The notes: a model not told the origin generated them from the letters alone. Positions 10,194-20,609 are shown, counted from the stretch's first letter. The stretch is DNA of 64,000 nt from Bacteroidia bacterium (GCA_026391215.1 JAPLDX010000048.1:1-64000), one strand, 5' to 3'. Numbers and translations: made by a program.

Positions 10194-11072
10194 ATGAAAA
10201 CCAGATCATTAATAATCATCGCAGCAATAATCCTCACAAGCTGCAATAACAAGACTGATGAGGCAGATGCTTTCGGAAACTTTGAGGCAACAGAAGTCAT
10301 CGTATCAGCGGAAACAAGCGGAAAAATTCTGAAATTTGATTTGAACGAAGGATCAGAAACTGATAAGGAATCAGAAATAGCTCTTATCGATACCACACTT
10401 TTCCATCTCCAGAAATCGGAGATCAATGCGAGTATGATGAGTGTCAGGACTCGTATCAGTACAATAAACGCCCAGAACGAAATTCTGAACCAGCAAATTG
10501 CCAATCTTAATGTTAACATTAACAGGATTGAAAAAATGCTGAAGGATGACGCGGCAACACAAAAGCAATATGATGACCTCACAGGTCAGGTTGCAGTTTT
10601 ACAGAAGCAAATAGCGGCCAATAATACTCAGAAGACATCGATCGCAGCGGAATTATCGGTATATGAGTCGAAGAAAGCAACGCTCAATGAACAGGTCACA
10701 CGCAGCAGCGTCAAAAGCCCAATCAAAGGCATCATTATTGAAAAATATTCTGAGGCCGGAGAATTAACAGCAGCAGGTAAACCACTCGCAAAAATTGCCG
10801 ATCTGTCATTGATGAAGCTGAAAGTATATGTCAGCGGAGCCCAGCTTGGCGGCATAAAGATCGGACAGGAATGCACGGTAAGAGTTGATGACGGGGAAAA
10901 AGATTACGCATCATTCACAGGAACAATAACCTATATTTCAGGCAAAGCTGAATTCACTCCAAAGATCATTCAGACAAAGGAAGAGCGTGTCACTCTTGTA
11001 TATGCTGTAACCATTGATGTAAAGAACGATGGCACTATGAAGTCGGGGATGCCTGGAGAAGCAATATTCTGA
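10194..11072 (+). CDS. HlyD-family periplasmic adaptor (YbhG-like lipoprotein)
   Basis: Lipobox LTSC, GNFEATEVIVSAE, coiled coil, AEFTPKIIQTKEER, KSGMP. Confidence 0.93.
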   Translation: MKTRSLIIIAAIILTSCNNKTDEADAFGNFEATEVIVSAETSGKILKFDLNEGSETDKESEIALIDTTLFHLQKSEINASMMSVRTRISTINAQNEILNQQIANLNVNINRIEKMLKDDAATQKQYDDLTGQVAVLQKQIAANNTQKTSIAAELSVYESKKATLNEQVTRSSVKSPIKGIIIEKYSEAGELTAAGKPLAKIADLSLMKLKVYVSGAQLGGIKIGQECTVRVDDGEKDYASFTGTITYISGKAEFTPKIIQTKEERVTLVYAVTIDVKNDGTMKSGMPGEAIF

Positions 11073-11084
11073 AAACAGGACAGA

Positions 11085-12005
11085 ATGCAAAAAATAATTG
11101 AGGCATCGGGAATCAGCAAGAAATTCGGGGATACACAGGCCCTGAAGGATATCTCCTTTGAGGTGTCTGAGGGTGAGATATTCGGTTTCATTGGTCCCGA
11201 CGGAGCAGGTAAGACAACACTTTTCAGGCTAATAGCAACCTTGCTGATTCCTGACGAAGGTAAATTGGAAGTCCTGGGGCTTGATTCCGTTTCCGGATTC
11301 AGGGAATTGAGAAAAAACATTGGTTATATGCCCGGGCGGTTCAGCCTTTACCAGGATCTTTCGGTTGAGGAGAATCTGAATTTCTATGCAACTGTTTTCG
11401 GAACGACGGTTAAGGAAAATTACGATCTGATTTCTGATATCTATTCGCATATAGAGCCATTCAGGAAGAGACTTGCAGGTAAGCTTTCCGGCGGGATGAA
11501 ACAGAAGCTGGCATTATCGTGTGCATTAATTCACAAGCCTGACCTTCTTATCCTTGACGAACCGACAACAGGAGTGGATGCCGTATCGCGCGCAGAATTC
11601 TGGGGGATGCTACGGAAACTGAGACAACATAATATAACAATCATCGTATCAACACCTTATATGGATGAGGCTATGAAATGCGATAGGGTGGCATTGATCC
11701 AGGAAGGAAGCATACTTTCGATAAATCAGCCGGAAAAGATAAGGGAAGGATTCAGCAGGAAACTGTTCAGCGTAAAAGCTCCAGAAAAATATAAGCTGAT
11801 AATTGCGTTGAGAAGTTATCCGGGGACTATTACCACCTATCCATTCGGAGATTCGGTTCATGTCACTTTCAGAGGCGATGAATTTAACAATTCCTTATAT
11901 GAGTATCTCAACGGAATGGGCATCAGCAATGTTGAGATAAATGAAACCAGGGCAGGAATTGAGGACAGATTTCTGGAGTTGATGGAAAAAGGCACAAAGG
12001 CATAA
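11085..12005 (+). CDS. ABC transporter ATP-binding protein
   Basis: Walker A GPDGAGKT, signature LSGGMKQ, Walker B LLILDEP. Confidence 0.95.
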   Translation: MQKIIEASGISKKFGDTQALKDISFEVSEGEIFGFIGPDGAGKTTLFRLIATLLIPDEGKLEVLGLDSVSGFRELRKNIGYMPGRFSLYQDLSVEENLNFYATVFGTTVKENYDLISDIYSHIEPFRKRLAGKLSGGMKQKLALSCALIHKPDLLILDEPTTGVDAVSRAEFWGMLRKLRQHNITIIVSTPYMDEAMKCDRVALIQEGSILSINQPEKIREGFSRKLFSVKAPEKYKLIIALRSYPGTITTYPFGDSVHVTFRGDEFNNSLYEYLNGMGISNVEINETRAGIEDRFLELMEKGTKA

Positions 12006-12026
12006 AGGCGCAACGGCGCAAAGGCA
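11991..12026 (+). repeat. Short 8-bp tandem repeat across the ATPase stop codon
   Basis: ggcacaaa ggcataaa ggcgcaac ggcgcaaa ggca. Confidence 0.75.
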
Positions 12027-12037
12027 AGAATTAAAAG

Positions 12038-12772
12038 ATGACAAGAAACACAGTAATATCGGTTCGTAATCTGGTGAAGAAGTTCGGAAGCTTCACGGCA
12101 AATGATAACCTGAGCTTTGAGGTGTATGAAGGTGAGATCTTTGGATTCCTGGGCGCAAACGGAGCAGGTAAGACAACTGCTTTAAGGATACTTTCAGGAT
12201 TATCTGCGCCGACATCGGGAGAAGTTATTGTTGCCGGATACAATGCGAAAAAACAGCCGGAACAGATCAAGAAGAATATCGGTTATATGTGCCAGAAATT
12301 CTCACTCTATGAGGATCTGACTGTGAAGGAGAACATCATGCTTTATGGAGGAATATACGGAATAAAAAGAGCATTGATCAGGGAAAGGACCGATCTCCTT
12401 CTTGATAAGCTGAATTTCAGGGAATACGGTGACAGGTTAATCTCAGATCTTCCACTCGGATTAAGACAGAAACTCGCGTTTTCAGTGGCTGTTCTGCATG
12501 AACCTAAGATAGTTTTTCTCGATGAACCTACCGGTGGAGTAGATCCTATAACACGCCGGCAGTTCTGGGAAATGATATATGAAGCAGCTGGAAGGGGTAT
12601 TACGGTTTTTGTAACAACACATTATATGGATGAAGCAGAATATTGTGACAGGATATCAATAATGAGCGAAGGTAAAATTGTTGCTCTTGATACACCGGCT
12701 AATCTTAAAAAACAATATAATGCAGCATCTGTTGATGAGGTATTTGTAAAGATTGCCAGACCCGGAGGATAA
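12038..12772 (+). CDS. ABC transporter ATP-binding protein
   Basis: GANGAGKT, LPLGLRQ, IVFLDEP and TTHYMDEAE; resembles the second half of YbhF. Confidence 0.95.
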   Translation: MTRNTVISVRNLVKKFGSFTANDNLSFEVYEGEIFGFLGANGAGKTTALRILSGLSAPTSGEVIVAGYNAKKQPEQIKKNIGYMCQKFSLYEDLTVKENIMLYGGIYGIKRALIRERTDLLLDKLNFREYGDRLISDLPLGLRQKLAFSVAVLHEPKIVFLDEPTGGVDPITRRQFWEMIYEAAGRGITVFVTTHYMDEAEYCDRISIMSEGKIVALDTPANLKKQYNAASVDEVFVKIARPGG

Positions 12773-12773
12773 G

Positions 12774-12870
12774 CCTCACCCCCTTCCGTCCCCCTCTCCC
12801 GGGAGAGAGGGGGAAACTGATCCGGAATAATTAAAGCCCCTCCCTCTTGGGGGAGGGGTTTGGGGAGAGG
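12774..12870. repeat. Intergenic GC-rich double-hairpin repeat (REP-like)
   Basis: CCCCCTCTC-ccggga-GAGAGGGGG (12790-12813) and CCCCTCCC-tcttgg-GGGAGGGG (12837-12858), with outer CCTCACCCC / GGGGAGAGG arms. Confidence 0.8.
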
Positions 12871-12908
12871 TTGATGAAAGTAGAAGACATTATTTAACAA
12901 ATCTTTAA

Positions 12909-14015
12909 ATGAAACGATTCCTGGGATTTGTCAAGAAAGAGTTCCTGCATATATTCAGGGATGTCAGGACACTGATTATACTGTTCGGGATACCTGTCAT
13001 ACAGATACTTCTATTCGGGTTTGTAGTAAGCACTGACCTGAAAAATGCCCAGATAGGGTTTCTTGATCTTTCTAAAGATGAAATGACGCAAAAAATATCA
13101 GATAAAATATGTTCGTCCGGTTTTTTCATGAGGAGTGAAACGCTCCTGAGTTACAATGATATTGATAAAGTACTCCGGAAAAGTAAAACCAAAGCAGTAA
13201 TAATCTTTGAAAAGGATTTTGGCCGGAAGCTTATCAGCGAAGGCAAAGCAGCCATAAGTATAATCACAGACGGCTCTGAACCAAATATGGCGACCCTTAT
13301 TACAAATTATGTCACAGCGATCGTAACAGATTTCAACAGGGAACTGGCAGGAACACAAGCCGCCGGGACTCTTCTGGTTCAACCTGAAGTGAGGATGTTC
13401 TATAATCCTTCTCTTAAAGGGCATTATATGTTTGTACCGGGAGTCATAACCCTGATCATGATCCTTATCTGTGCTCTCATGACCTCTGTTACCATAACGC
13501 GGGAAAAGGAATTCGGAACAATGGAAGTATTACTAGTGTCACCTCTTAAACCTGTTCAGATCATCCTTGGCAAAGTGATGCCATATTTCCTGCTTTCATT
13601 CATTAATATAATAATGATCCTGCTGCTCTCATGGCTTGTGTTTGGACTCCCTGTAAAAGGCAGCCTTGTCCTGCTTCTGGCTGAAAGCATGCTCTATATT
13701 CTGATGAGTCTTTCACTTGGAATACTTATATCTACCAAATCAAAGACCATGCAGCAGGCTATATTTATCTCGTTTGTAGGCTTGATGCTGCCGACTATTT
13801 TACTTTCGGGATTTATTTTCCCGATAGAGAATATGCCGTCAGGATATGGAGAGGTAGCTGCTTTGATGCCTCCCCAGTATTTCATAACAATCATTAAAAA
13901 TATAATGATCAAAGGAACCGGATTCATGTATGTCTGGAAGGAAACGCTGATACTGATAGCCTTCACAGTGGCATTTATCGGACTGAGTATAAGGAATTTT
14001 AAAATAAGACTTTAG
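12909..14015 (+). CDS. ABC-2 type permease (YbhS-like)
   Basis: KEFLHIFRD, REKEFGTMEVLLVSP, LSGFIFPIENMP; about 6 TM segments. Confidence 0.93.
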   Translation: MKRFLGFVKKEFLHIFRDVRTLIILFGIPVIQILLFGFVVSTDLKNAQIGFLDLSKDEMTQKISDKICSSGFFMRSETLLSYNDIDKVLRKSKTKAVIIFEKDFGRKLISEGKAAISIITDGSEPNMATLITNYVTAIVTDFNRELAGTQAAGTLLVQPEVRMFYNPSLKGHYMFVPGVITLIMILICALMTSVTITREKEFGTMEVLLVSPLKPVQIILGKVMPYFLLSFINIIMILLLSWLVFGLPVKGSLVLLLAESMLYILMSLSLGILISTKSKTMQQAIFISFVGLMLPTILLSGFIFPIENMPSGYGEVAALMPPQYFITIIKNIMIKGTGFMYVWKETLILIAFTVAFIGLSIRNFKIRL

Positions 14016-14037
14016 TAAAACAGCAGAAGAAAAAGGG

Positions 14038-15156
14038 ATGAGGACGATATTTTACTTAATAAGAAAAGAGTTTATCCAGATCTTCAGGGATAAATTTATG
14101 GGAAGGGCAATTTTTGGCGTTCCTATTGTTCAGATGTTGTTACTCGTACCTGCAGTAACATTTGAGATCAATAATGTAAAGCTATGCATAATTGACAGAG
14201 ACATGACAACCGAATCGAGAGAACTGGTAAATCGGCTGGAAGGATCAACATTTTTTAAAGTCAGGTTCTCAACTTTCTCTGAGCAGGAAGCCAATAATCT
14301 GTTGCACAGGGGCAAATGTGATTTAGTGCTGCAAATACCATCAGGTTTCGGGAAAGAAACAGGGAAAGGGAATCCCGGCAGGATATTAGTTTCTGTCAAT
14401 GCCATAAATGCTGTAAATGCCCAGTTGTCGTGGGCTTATTTAAGCGGAGTGATCCGTGATTACAATATGAATATCGTTGCTGAAAATATCGGCAGCGCAA
14501 CTCTTGCATCTTTCCCGCAGATACAGGTTGACAACAGGTACTGGTACAACGAACTGCTTAATTATAAGTATTATATGCTTCCAGGGGTACTTGGAATACT
14601 TGTCCTGGCAATTGGATTCATTTTTGCAGGGCTTAACCTGGTAAAGGAAAAAGAAAGCGGCACCATTGAACAGATAAATGTTACACCAGTTAAAAAATAT
14701 CATTTCATTATAGCCAAAATGGTACCCTTTCTGGTTATCGGACTTATTGACGTCGCTATCGGATTAATCATTGGAAAGCTGACTTTCAACATACCTTTTG
14801 AGGGCAGCATTGCACTTCTTTTCCTGGGTTCAGCTCTTTTCCTGGTAGCGGTGCTTGGCTTTGCCCTTTTTCTCTCAACTTTTTCAAGTACGCAACAACA
14901 ATTTATGTTCACTGCATTCTTCTTCATAATAATTTTTGTATTGATGAGCGGCGTTTTCACTCCCCTTGACAGTATGCCTATATGGGCACAAAAGTTTGAT
15001 CTGATAAATCCTGCTGCTTATGTGATGCGCATAAACAGGATGGTGATGCTTAAGGGATCGACATTTCATGATATCAGCAGGGAGATCTATTCACTGATCG
15101 TGATTGCGATTGTATTTACTGCGCTGGCAGTAAACCGCTATAGAAAGACAGCTTAA
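14038..15156 (+). CDS. ABC-2 type permease (YbhR-like)
   Basis: KEFIQIFRD, KEKESGTIEQINVTP, MSGVFTPLDSMP. Confidence 0.93.
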   Translation: MRTIFYLIRKEFIQIFRDKFMGRAIFGVPIVQMLLLVPAVTFEINNVKLCIIDRDMTTESRELVNRLEGSTFFKVRFSTFSEQEANNLLHRGKCDLVLQIPSGFGKETGKGNPGRILVSVNAINAVNAQLSWAYLSGVIRDYNMNIVAENIGSATLASFPQIQVDNRYWYNELLNYKYYMLPGVLGILVLAIGFIFAGLNLVKEKESGTIEQINVTPVKKYHFIIAKMVPFLVIGLIDVAIGLIIGKLTFNIPFEGSIALLFLGSALFLVAVLGFALFLSTFSSTQQQFMFTAFFFIIIFVLMSGVFTPLDSMPIWAQKFDLINPAAYVMRINRMVMLKGSTFHDISREIYSLIVIAIVFTALAVNRYRKTA

Positions 15157-18100
15157 TTAAATTCTTATTCCGAGTAATATTATATCGTCAATCTGTTCTT
15201 TCGGGTCACCTTCTCTGGTAGGGTAATTTATCCATTCATCAAGTATTTTTTCATAGACTTCCCTTTGTGCACACATTTCAAGCTCCTGGTTTTCGAGGAG
15301 CATTCTGGTGAACCTGGGCTTCATGAATTTTCTTCCGTCAGGTCCGCCAAACTGATCACAGAAACCATCAGAAAAAAGATAAATTGTATCTCCTTTCCAG
15401 ACATCAATTTCATGGCAAATGAAATCAGTCATCCTTGAATAGACTCCTACAGGCATTCCGTCAGCCCTCTTTTCCATGATGTTATACTCACCATTTTCCT
15501 TTCTGATCAGGATCATGGGATTATTTGCCCCTGCAAATTGCAAGTGATTGTTTTTCAGGTTGATAGTACAGAGGGCAATATCCATTCCATCTTTGCTTGA
15601 TTCGCGTATTTCTTTTTGTTTGAGGGATAATATAACATTTTCACGAAGCTTGTTCAGTATTTTATCAGGATCAACAATTCCTGATTCATTGACTATTTTA
15701 TTAAGGAAACTGACTCCCAGCATGCTCATGAAAGCGCCTGGCACACCATGTCCGGTGCAATCTGCAGCCGTAAATATAATATGATTACCCTTTTTCGACA
15801 TCCAGTAAAAGTCACCACTCACAATATCTTTCGGCCGGAACAGGATAAAATAATCACTGAAGTTGCTTTTAAGGATACCCTCTTCAGGAAGGACGGCTCT
15901 CTGAATCGTTTTGGCATACTGGATGCTGTCGGTAATCTCCTTCTTCTGATAAGTTACAATATCTCTCTGTTTGGCTATTTCATCTTTTTGTTCAACTACT
16001 TCCCTTGTCCTCTCCTCAACAATCTTTTCGAGCTTTATTTTTTCTTCTATAAGCTGTTTCTCCCTATACCTGACAAATGCAACAATCACAAAGGATGCTG
16101 ATAATATTAATAAAATAATAAACCATTTGGTTTTCCAGAAAGGCGGTTTAATAAGAAAGCTGTACTGTTCAGTTTCACCTGTTATTCCGTATTTGTTTTT
16201 TGCCTTTACGTTAAAAGTATAGCTACCCGGTCTGAGATCAGAAGATGTAACGCTCCTTGCAGATGTAAACGGAGACCATTCACCTGAACCGTTTCTTTCA
16301 AGGCGATATGAAAACACTATGTCATCGGGATTGCTGAAAGAGAGGCCGGTATATTCAAATGTAACATGGTTGTCTTTGTGTGACAATACAAGATTCTCAG
16401 GCAATCCTGACCATTTGCTTACTGTGAAATTCCTCGATTTCCAGTCAACTGTTTCAAAGAATAGCCTTATTGATGTTATGAAGGTTTTTGGTGAGAGATC
16501 AAAACTCTTATCAACATCAGGATCAAACCGGATCACTCCGTTTTTTGTTCCGAACCAGATAAGTCCGGCTTCATCTCTTGCAATAGAATTTGTATTGTTT
16601 TCTCCTCCCGTGAATCCATCCTGTATGCCATAAGGAATCACCCTGGTAATTGATTGTTTGTCATCCAGTTCAATAAGGTCAAATCCTTTATCTGTCCCGA
16701 CGACCACCACTGTTTTACTTATAAATAAAAGAGAGTTAATGGTTCCGGAAGAAAGAACTCCTTTTGTTGCCAGAAGTGATATCGGAATGGAATCACTGTT
16801 TATATCAAATCTGTAAATTCCTCCACCGAAGGTGCCAATCCAGATGTTTCCGGCAGGATCCTCCGCAAGGGCATTGATGCGCTGAAAATCAAGCCCGTCT
16901 TCGTCATTAAAATCAGAATAGATGGTATCTTCCAGGCGGACTAATCCACCGAAAGTACCGATCCATATCCTTCCTTTAGAATCTTCAATAATAGTCTGTA
17001 TCTCATTATGGATCAAACCGTCCTCCTCACTCATTGTATACAGATTGTCACCTGTGAATTTGCCATAGCCTCCACTGGTGCCTATCCACATGTTATTATG
17101 ACTGTCAATGAGGAGAGAGCTTATCTTCAAATCGGGGAGGCGGTAATTATATTCAAACCGTGTAAGGTTTGTTCCGTCATAAATATTGATCCCATTGTTA
17201 GTGCCTACCCAGATTTTGTTACCATATTTAGTCAGAGCTGTCGCTCCCTCATGATTGAGTCCCTGAGAGGGCGAAAAGAACTTCAACTTACTGATTTTGT
17301 CCCCTTCCATTCTGAAGCAGGAGAATCCATCCTCTGTAGCCATATAAAGCCTGTTTTCAGAGTCAATGAGAAGACTCAGGACCTGGTTTCCGGATATGCC
17401 TTCTTCCGGTCCGTATTTAAGGAATTTCTCATCATCGAACATTAATGCGCCCTGACCGAATGAAGCCAGCCAGGTATTCCCTTCATGGTCCTCGAGTATG
17501 TTAAGTATCTGGTTTGATGGAAGTCCGTTATCCCTTGAGAATCTGCCTGTGATTTTGTCATCCAGGAGCCTGATAATCCCTTCTTTATCTGTAGCAAGCC
17601 ATATTTCTCCATTTTTTCGTAATGAAATATCCCAGACCATAAGTCCCGGAAACTGATCATTAATCTGTGACGGAACAACTACATACTCTTTGTTTTCACC
17701 TTCCGGCCGGACCCTGAAAAGCCCCTCACCATAGCTTCCGAACCAGAATTCTCCGTTATTCCCAGGCTCAATTGAAAGGATAAAGTCAGCCGGGACAATA
17801 GGATCTTCGATACTTTCAATAGCTAAAGAATCACCTTCTGCCATTGTAAGAATATTAACTCCGCCCACCATTGCTAGCCATATTCTTTCATCATTATCTA
17901 TAAGGATATTAAAAATAAAGTCGCTGATGAGGCCGTCCTTCATCGTAAAGCTGGTAACCGAAAGCGAATCGCCTGTCTTTATTGCTGAGAGTCCGTTATA
18001 CGCCGTTCCGACCCAGATAATGCCGTTTTTGTCCTCTTTAACACTCAGGACAGATGTTCCGTTAAAGACCGGTTCTTCAGTTAAAGCTTTGAATTTTTCA

Positions 18101-18420
18101 CCATCATAATAATTCAGGCCATTATCTGTCCCGATCCATATCGTTCCCCTGCTGTCTTCAAAGAGAGTTCTTATAACATTGTCAGAGAGCCCGTTTGCCT
18201 TTGTGAATGTTTCAAACCTGTTGCCGTCAAATCTGGTCAGACCGCCACCAGCAGTGCCGATCCAGATAAAACCGCGTGTATCCTCAATTATACAGTATAC
18301 AGACGATTGCGGAAGTCCTTCCTCAACTGAATATTTCCGGAAAAAATACTGCTGAGAAAACAATTCTGTCTGCAGCAGAACAGATAATGCAACAAAAGTC
18401 AGGATTCTTCTATATATCAC
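15157..18420 (-). CDS. Membrane sensor: periplasmic beta-propeller (Reg_prop) repeats + Y_Y_Y + TM + SpoIIE/PP2C phosphatase
   Basis: Repeated GL..N.I..I.ED..G.IWIGT; L.PGSYTFNVKA; PPFWKTKWF + TM; coiled coil; ADCTGHGVPGA, DGMD, SDG and DDI metal-binding motifs. GTG start. Confidence 0.92.
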   Translation of the reverse strand: MIYRRILTFVALSVLLQTELFSQQYFFRKYSVEEGLPQSSVYCIIEDTRGFIWIGTAGGGLTRFDGNRFETFTKANGLSDNVIRTLFEDSRGTIWIGTDNGLNYYDGEKFKALTEEPVFNGTSVLSVKEDKNGIIWVGTAYNGLSAIKTGDSLSVTSFTMKDGLISDFIFNILIDNDERIWLAMVGGVNILTMAEGDSLAIESIEDPIVPADFILSIEPGNNGEFWFGSYGEGLFRVRPEGENKEYVVVPSQINDQFPGLMVWDISLRKNGEIWLATDKEGIIRLLDDKITGRFSRDNGLPSNQILNILEDHEGNTWLASFGQGALMFDDEKFLKYGPEEGISGNQVLSLLIDSENRLYMATEDGFSCFRMEGDKISKLKFFSPSQGLNHEGATALTKYGNKIWVGTNNGINIYDGTNLTRFEYNYRLPDLKISSLLIDSHNNMWIGTSGGYGKFTGDNLYTMSEEDGLIHNEIQTIIEDSKGRIWIGTFGGLVRLEDTIYSDFNDEDGLDFQRINALAEDPAGNIWIGTFGGGIYRFDINSDSIPISLLATKGVLSSGTINSLLFISKTVVVVGTDKGFDLIELDDKQSITRVIPYGIQDGFTGGENNTNSIARDEAGLIWFGTKNGVIRFDPDVDKSFDLSPKTFITSIRLFFETVDWKSRNFTVSKWSGLPENLVLSHKDNHVTFEYTGLSFSNPDDIVFSYRLERNGSGEWSPFTSARSVTSSDLRPGSYTFNVKAKNKYGITGETEQYSFLIKPPFWKTKWFIILLILSASFVIVAFVRYREKQLIEEKIKLEKIVEERTREVVEQKDEIAKQRDIVTYQKKEITDSIQYAKTIQRAVLPEEGILKSNFSDYFILFRPKDIVSGDFYWMSKKGNHIIFTAADCTGHGVPGAFMSMLGVSFLNKIVNESGIVDPDKILNKLRENVILSLKQKEIRESSKDGMDIALCTINLKNNHLQFAGANNPMILIRKENGEYNIMEKRADGMPVGVYSRMTDFICHEIDVWKGDTIYLFSDGFCDQFGGPDGRKFMKPRFTRMLLENQELEMCAQREVYEKILDEWINYPTREGDPKEQIDDIILLGIRI

Positions 18421-18443
18421 ACTTCTTCAGGTAAGGGATTTTA

Positions 18444-20276
18444 TTATTTCAACATGAAGATAAACTGGCCGCCTTCATCACCTGCATTTCTTATAGGGCT
18501 GTATGCCGGTGTCTGTAATGAATTATTTACCACAGGTATCTTCAGGGATTCAAAGACCTGTCCCGCATCGAGATACTTTTCTGCATTATTAATAAGGGCC
18601 TGGAGGAAATAATATGCAAAGACAGAATGTCCTTCCTTTCCTTTGTCCATTACCGGCTCAACACCACCCGATGTCAGGGCTTTCCTGCTATTAAGCGAAT
18701 AAACCTTCTGATAGTATTTGGTTGAATTCTCATAAGGGATTGTCATGGTTTTCCCCCTGAAAATATCGCCGCTAAAGCAGGCATCTGTAACAAGAAGAGT
18801 ATGTTTCGAGTTTATGCCTGACAGGAATGATCTTATGTCTTCATTGGAGATGTATTTGGATATAGTTTTGGATGAGGCATCAATCGGCACCCAGAATCCC
18901 TTATCCATGTTTTCAAGGTATTCCCCATGTCCCGAATAATATATAAAGACATTATCATTGGTCTTTACATTCTGCATGAGCCATTCAAATTCCTTAAGAA
19001 TATTATCGCGTGTAGCGTCTTTATTATAGAGTGTTTTAAGGTAATGAAAAGTATATTTCCCGGAGAGGGTCTCAGCAACGCTTTTTGCATCATTAACTGC
19101 ATTCTGCAGCTGAGGCCAATCGCCTGAATATTGGTCTATACCGATAATAAGTCCGTAGTATTCTCCTACCTGAACTGATTTCATAGCCTGGGCAACATTC
19201 AGTCCTTTGAGAGGATCATTTCCGCCGCGGAATTCACTGAAATTCTGTGCCAGGGATTTATCAATCTCCTTTGTGACAGGCTTATCCATTTCAACTGAAA
19301 AGTCCAGGTCATTGACATTTGTGATATCAGCTCCGGCAATTTGAAAGCTGATAGGGATCACTGAATCTGTATAGTTTTTTGTTGCAAAAAACTGTAGAGT
19401 CAGCAGCTGCTCCTCACCTGCCTTGAGTGAAGGAACTTTCTTAAAGTCGAGAACTTCAATATTTTCAGGGACCTTGTAGCTGATCGACAAGTTTGAAGCG
19501 TCTTTATTGCCCACATTGGTGACATTGACTGTTAATGTGACAGCCTTGCCGATTGCAACTTTATCGCTGTTTGTAATGAATTTATAATCCATTATCAGGA
19601 CTTTTGATTTTTCTTCCATAGCCTCGTCGAGATAGGCTATTTCAATATGATCGACCATGATAGTGGAATTATCTCCGACCTGGAATCCGAGGAGATTGCC
19701 AAAGAATGGTTCGAAAGGCATTGTGTGGACAAGCTTTTCGTTGAGGAAGAAGTAGTATTTATCTGATACTTTCCTGACAGTCAGCTTATTGAAGGCATAC
19801 CTGTTGACGTCATCGGAGAGTGTGAAAGGAACGTAATCAGAGAATTTGCCGTCATATTTATCAATGGTAAAATGGCCTCCTCCGGTGAGAAGAAAATCGA
19901 ATTGCCGGATAGGGTTAACCGATTTGCCCCACTGAAGGCCATAACCCTTGTCCATTTGCCCCTCGACAAACCTCATTGAAGTTTCGATTTCGAAGTCTCT
20001 CTTCTGGTCGATGATAACCGGCAAAAGGTCCTCTTTCGATTTGGTGGTCAGGGACTGGAATACCAGGTGGCCGTCTTCGATGCTTTCCGCCCAGCTGTTC
20101 TCCTCTATGCCAAGGAGCCAGTAGTTATTGAATTTGCTGAAATCATCCTGAAGGACAGTCTGGTTTTTCAGACCCTTGCTGAAGCTGTAATAAGAAGGAA
20201 TAGGTTTTTCCTGAGCCAAAATGACAACGGCTGCAAGGAGAAATGAAAACACAAATAATAATCTTTTTGATGACAT
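18444..20276 (-). CDS. Exported caspase-family (peptidase C14) protein with N-terminal beta-sandwich and CARDB-like domains
   Basis: Signal peptide followed by Gln; LIIGIDQY, L.NAVNDA, YYSGHG (catalytic His), TDACFSG (catalytic Cys), HSVFAYY; VNVTNVGNKDA CARDB-like segment. Confidence 0.9.
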   Translation of the reverse strand: MSSKRLLFVFSFLLAAVVILAQEKPIPSYYSFSKGLKNQTVLQDDFSKFNNYWLLGIEENSWAESIEDGHLVFQSLTTKSKEDLLPVIIDQKRDFEIETSMRFVEGQMDKGYGLQWGKSVNPIRQFDFLLTGGGHFTIDKYDGKFSDYVPFTLSDDVNRYAFNKLTVRKVSDKYYFFLNEKLVHTMPFEPFFGNLLGFQVGDNSTIMVDHIEIAYLDEAMEEKSKVLIMDYKFITNSDKVAIGKAVTLTVNVTNVGNKDASNLSISYKVPENIEVLDFKKVPSLKAGEEQLLTLQFFATKNYTDSVIPISFQIAGADITNVNDLDFSVEMDKPVTKEIDKSLAQNFSEFRGGNDPLKGLNVAQAMKSVQVGEYYGLIIGIDQYSGDWPQLQNAVNDAKSVAETLSGKYTFHYLKTLYNKDATRDNILKEFEWLMQNVKTNDNVFIYYSGHGEYLENMDKGFWVPIDASSKTISKYISNEDIRSFLSGINSKHTLLVTDACFSGDIFRGKTMTIPYENSTKYYQKVYSLNSRKALTSGGVEPVMDKGKEGHSVFAYYFLQALINNAEKYLDAGQVFESLKIPVVNNSLQTPAYSPIRNAGDEGGQFIFMLK

Positions 20277-20504
20277 GACTCTATAGTATTTAAGAACTTT
20301 AAAATGATCAATTTACAAATCTCATACCATCCTTAGCATGGTTCGTGTACAACCTAAAATTACTACATTTTAAGGACATGGCCGGTTTTTGCCAGGATTT
20401 TTTGACATACATATTATTATGTTTGATGAAGATAGTATATCCTTATTAATCATTATTCCCGTTTAAAACCGACTGTTTGCCGTACCGATAGCTCTCAGGA
20501 GGTG

Positions 20505-20582
20505 AATTTTTTCCCAACTTTCTCTTTTCAAGGTAAATACTAAAATAAATTTGTTTTTTATATAAAACCATCGTAAATTTTG
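20505..20582 (+). promoter_or_regulatory. Conserved promoter cassette, copy A
   Basis: TCCCAACTTTCTCT...TAAATA...TTGTT...TAAATTTTG aligns with 61443-61522 with a 2-nt offset. Confidence 0.6.
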
Positions 20583-20609
20583 AAGATATTTTTTCAAAGC
20601 CTGTTTTGG

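Noticed and set aside
12622-12900. 92-aa minus-strand ORF with PLPKPLPQEGG
   Set aside because: It is a translation of the GC-rich palindromic repeat and is antisense to the ATPase.
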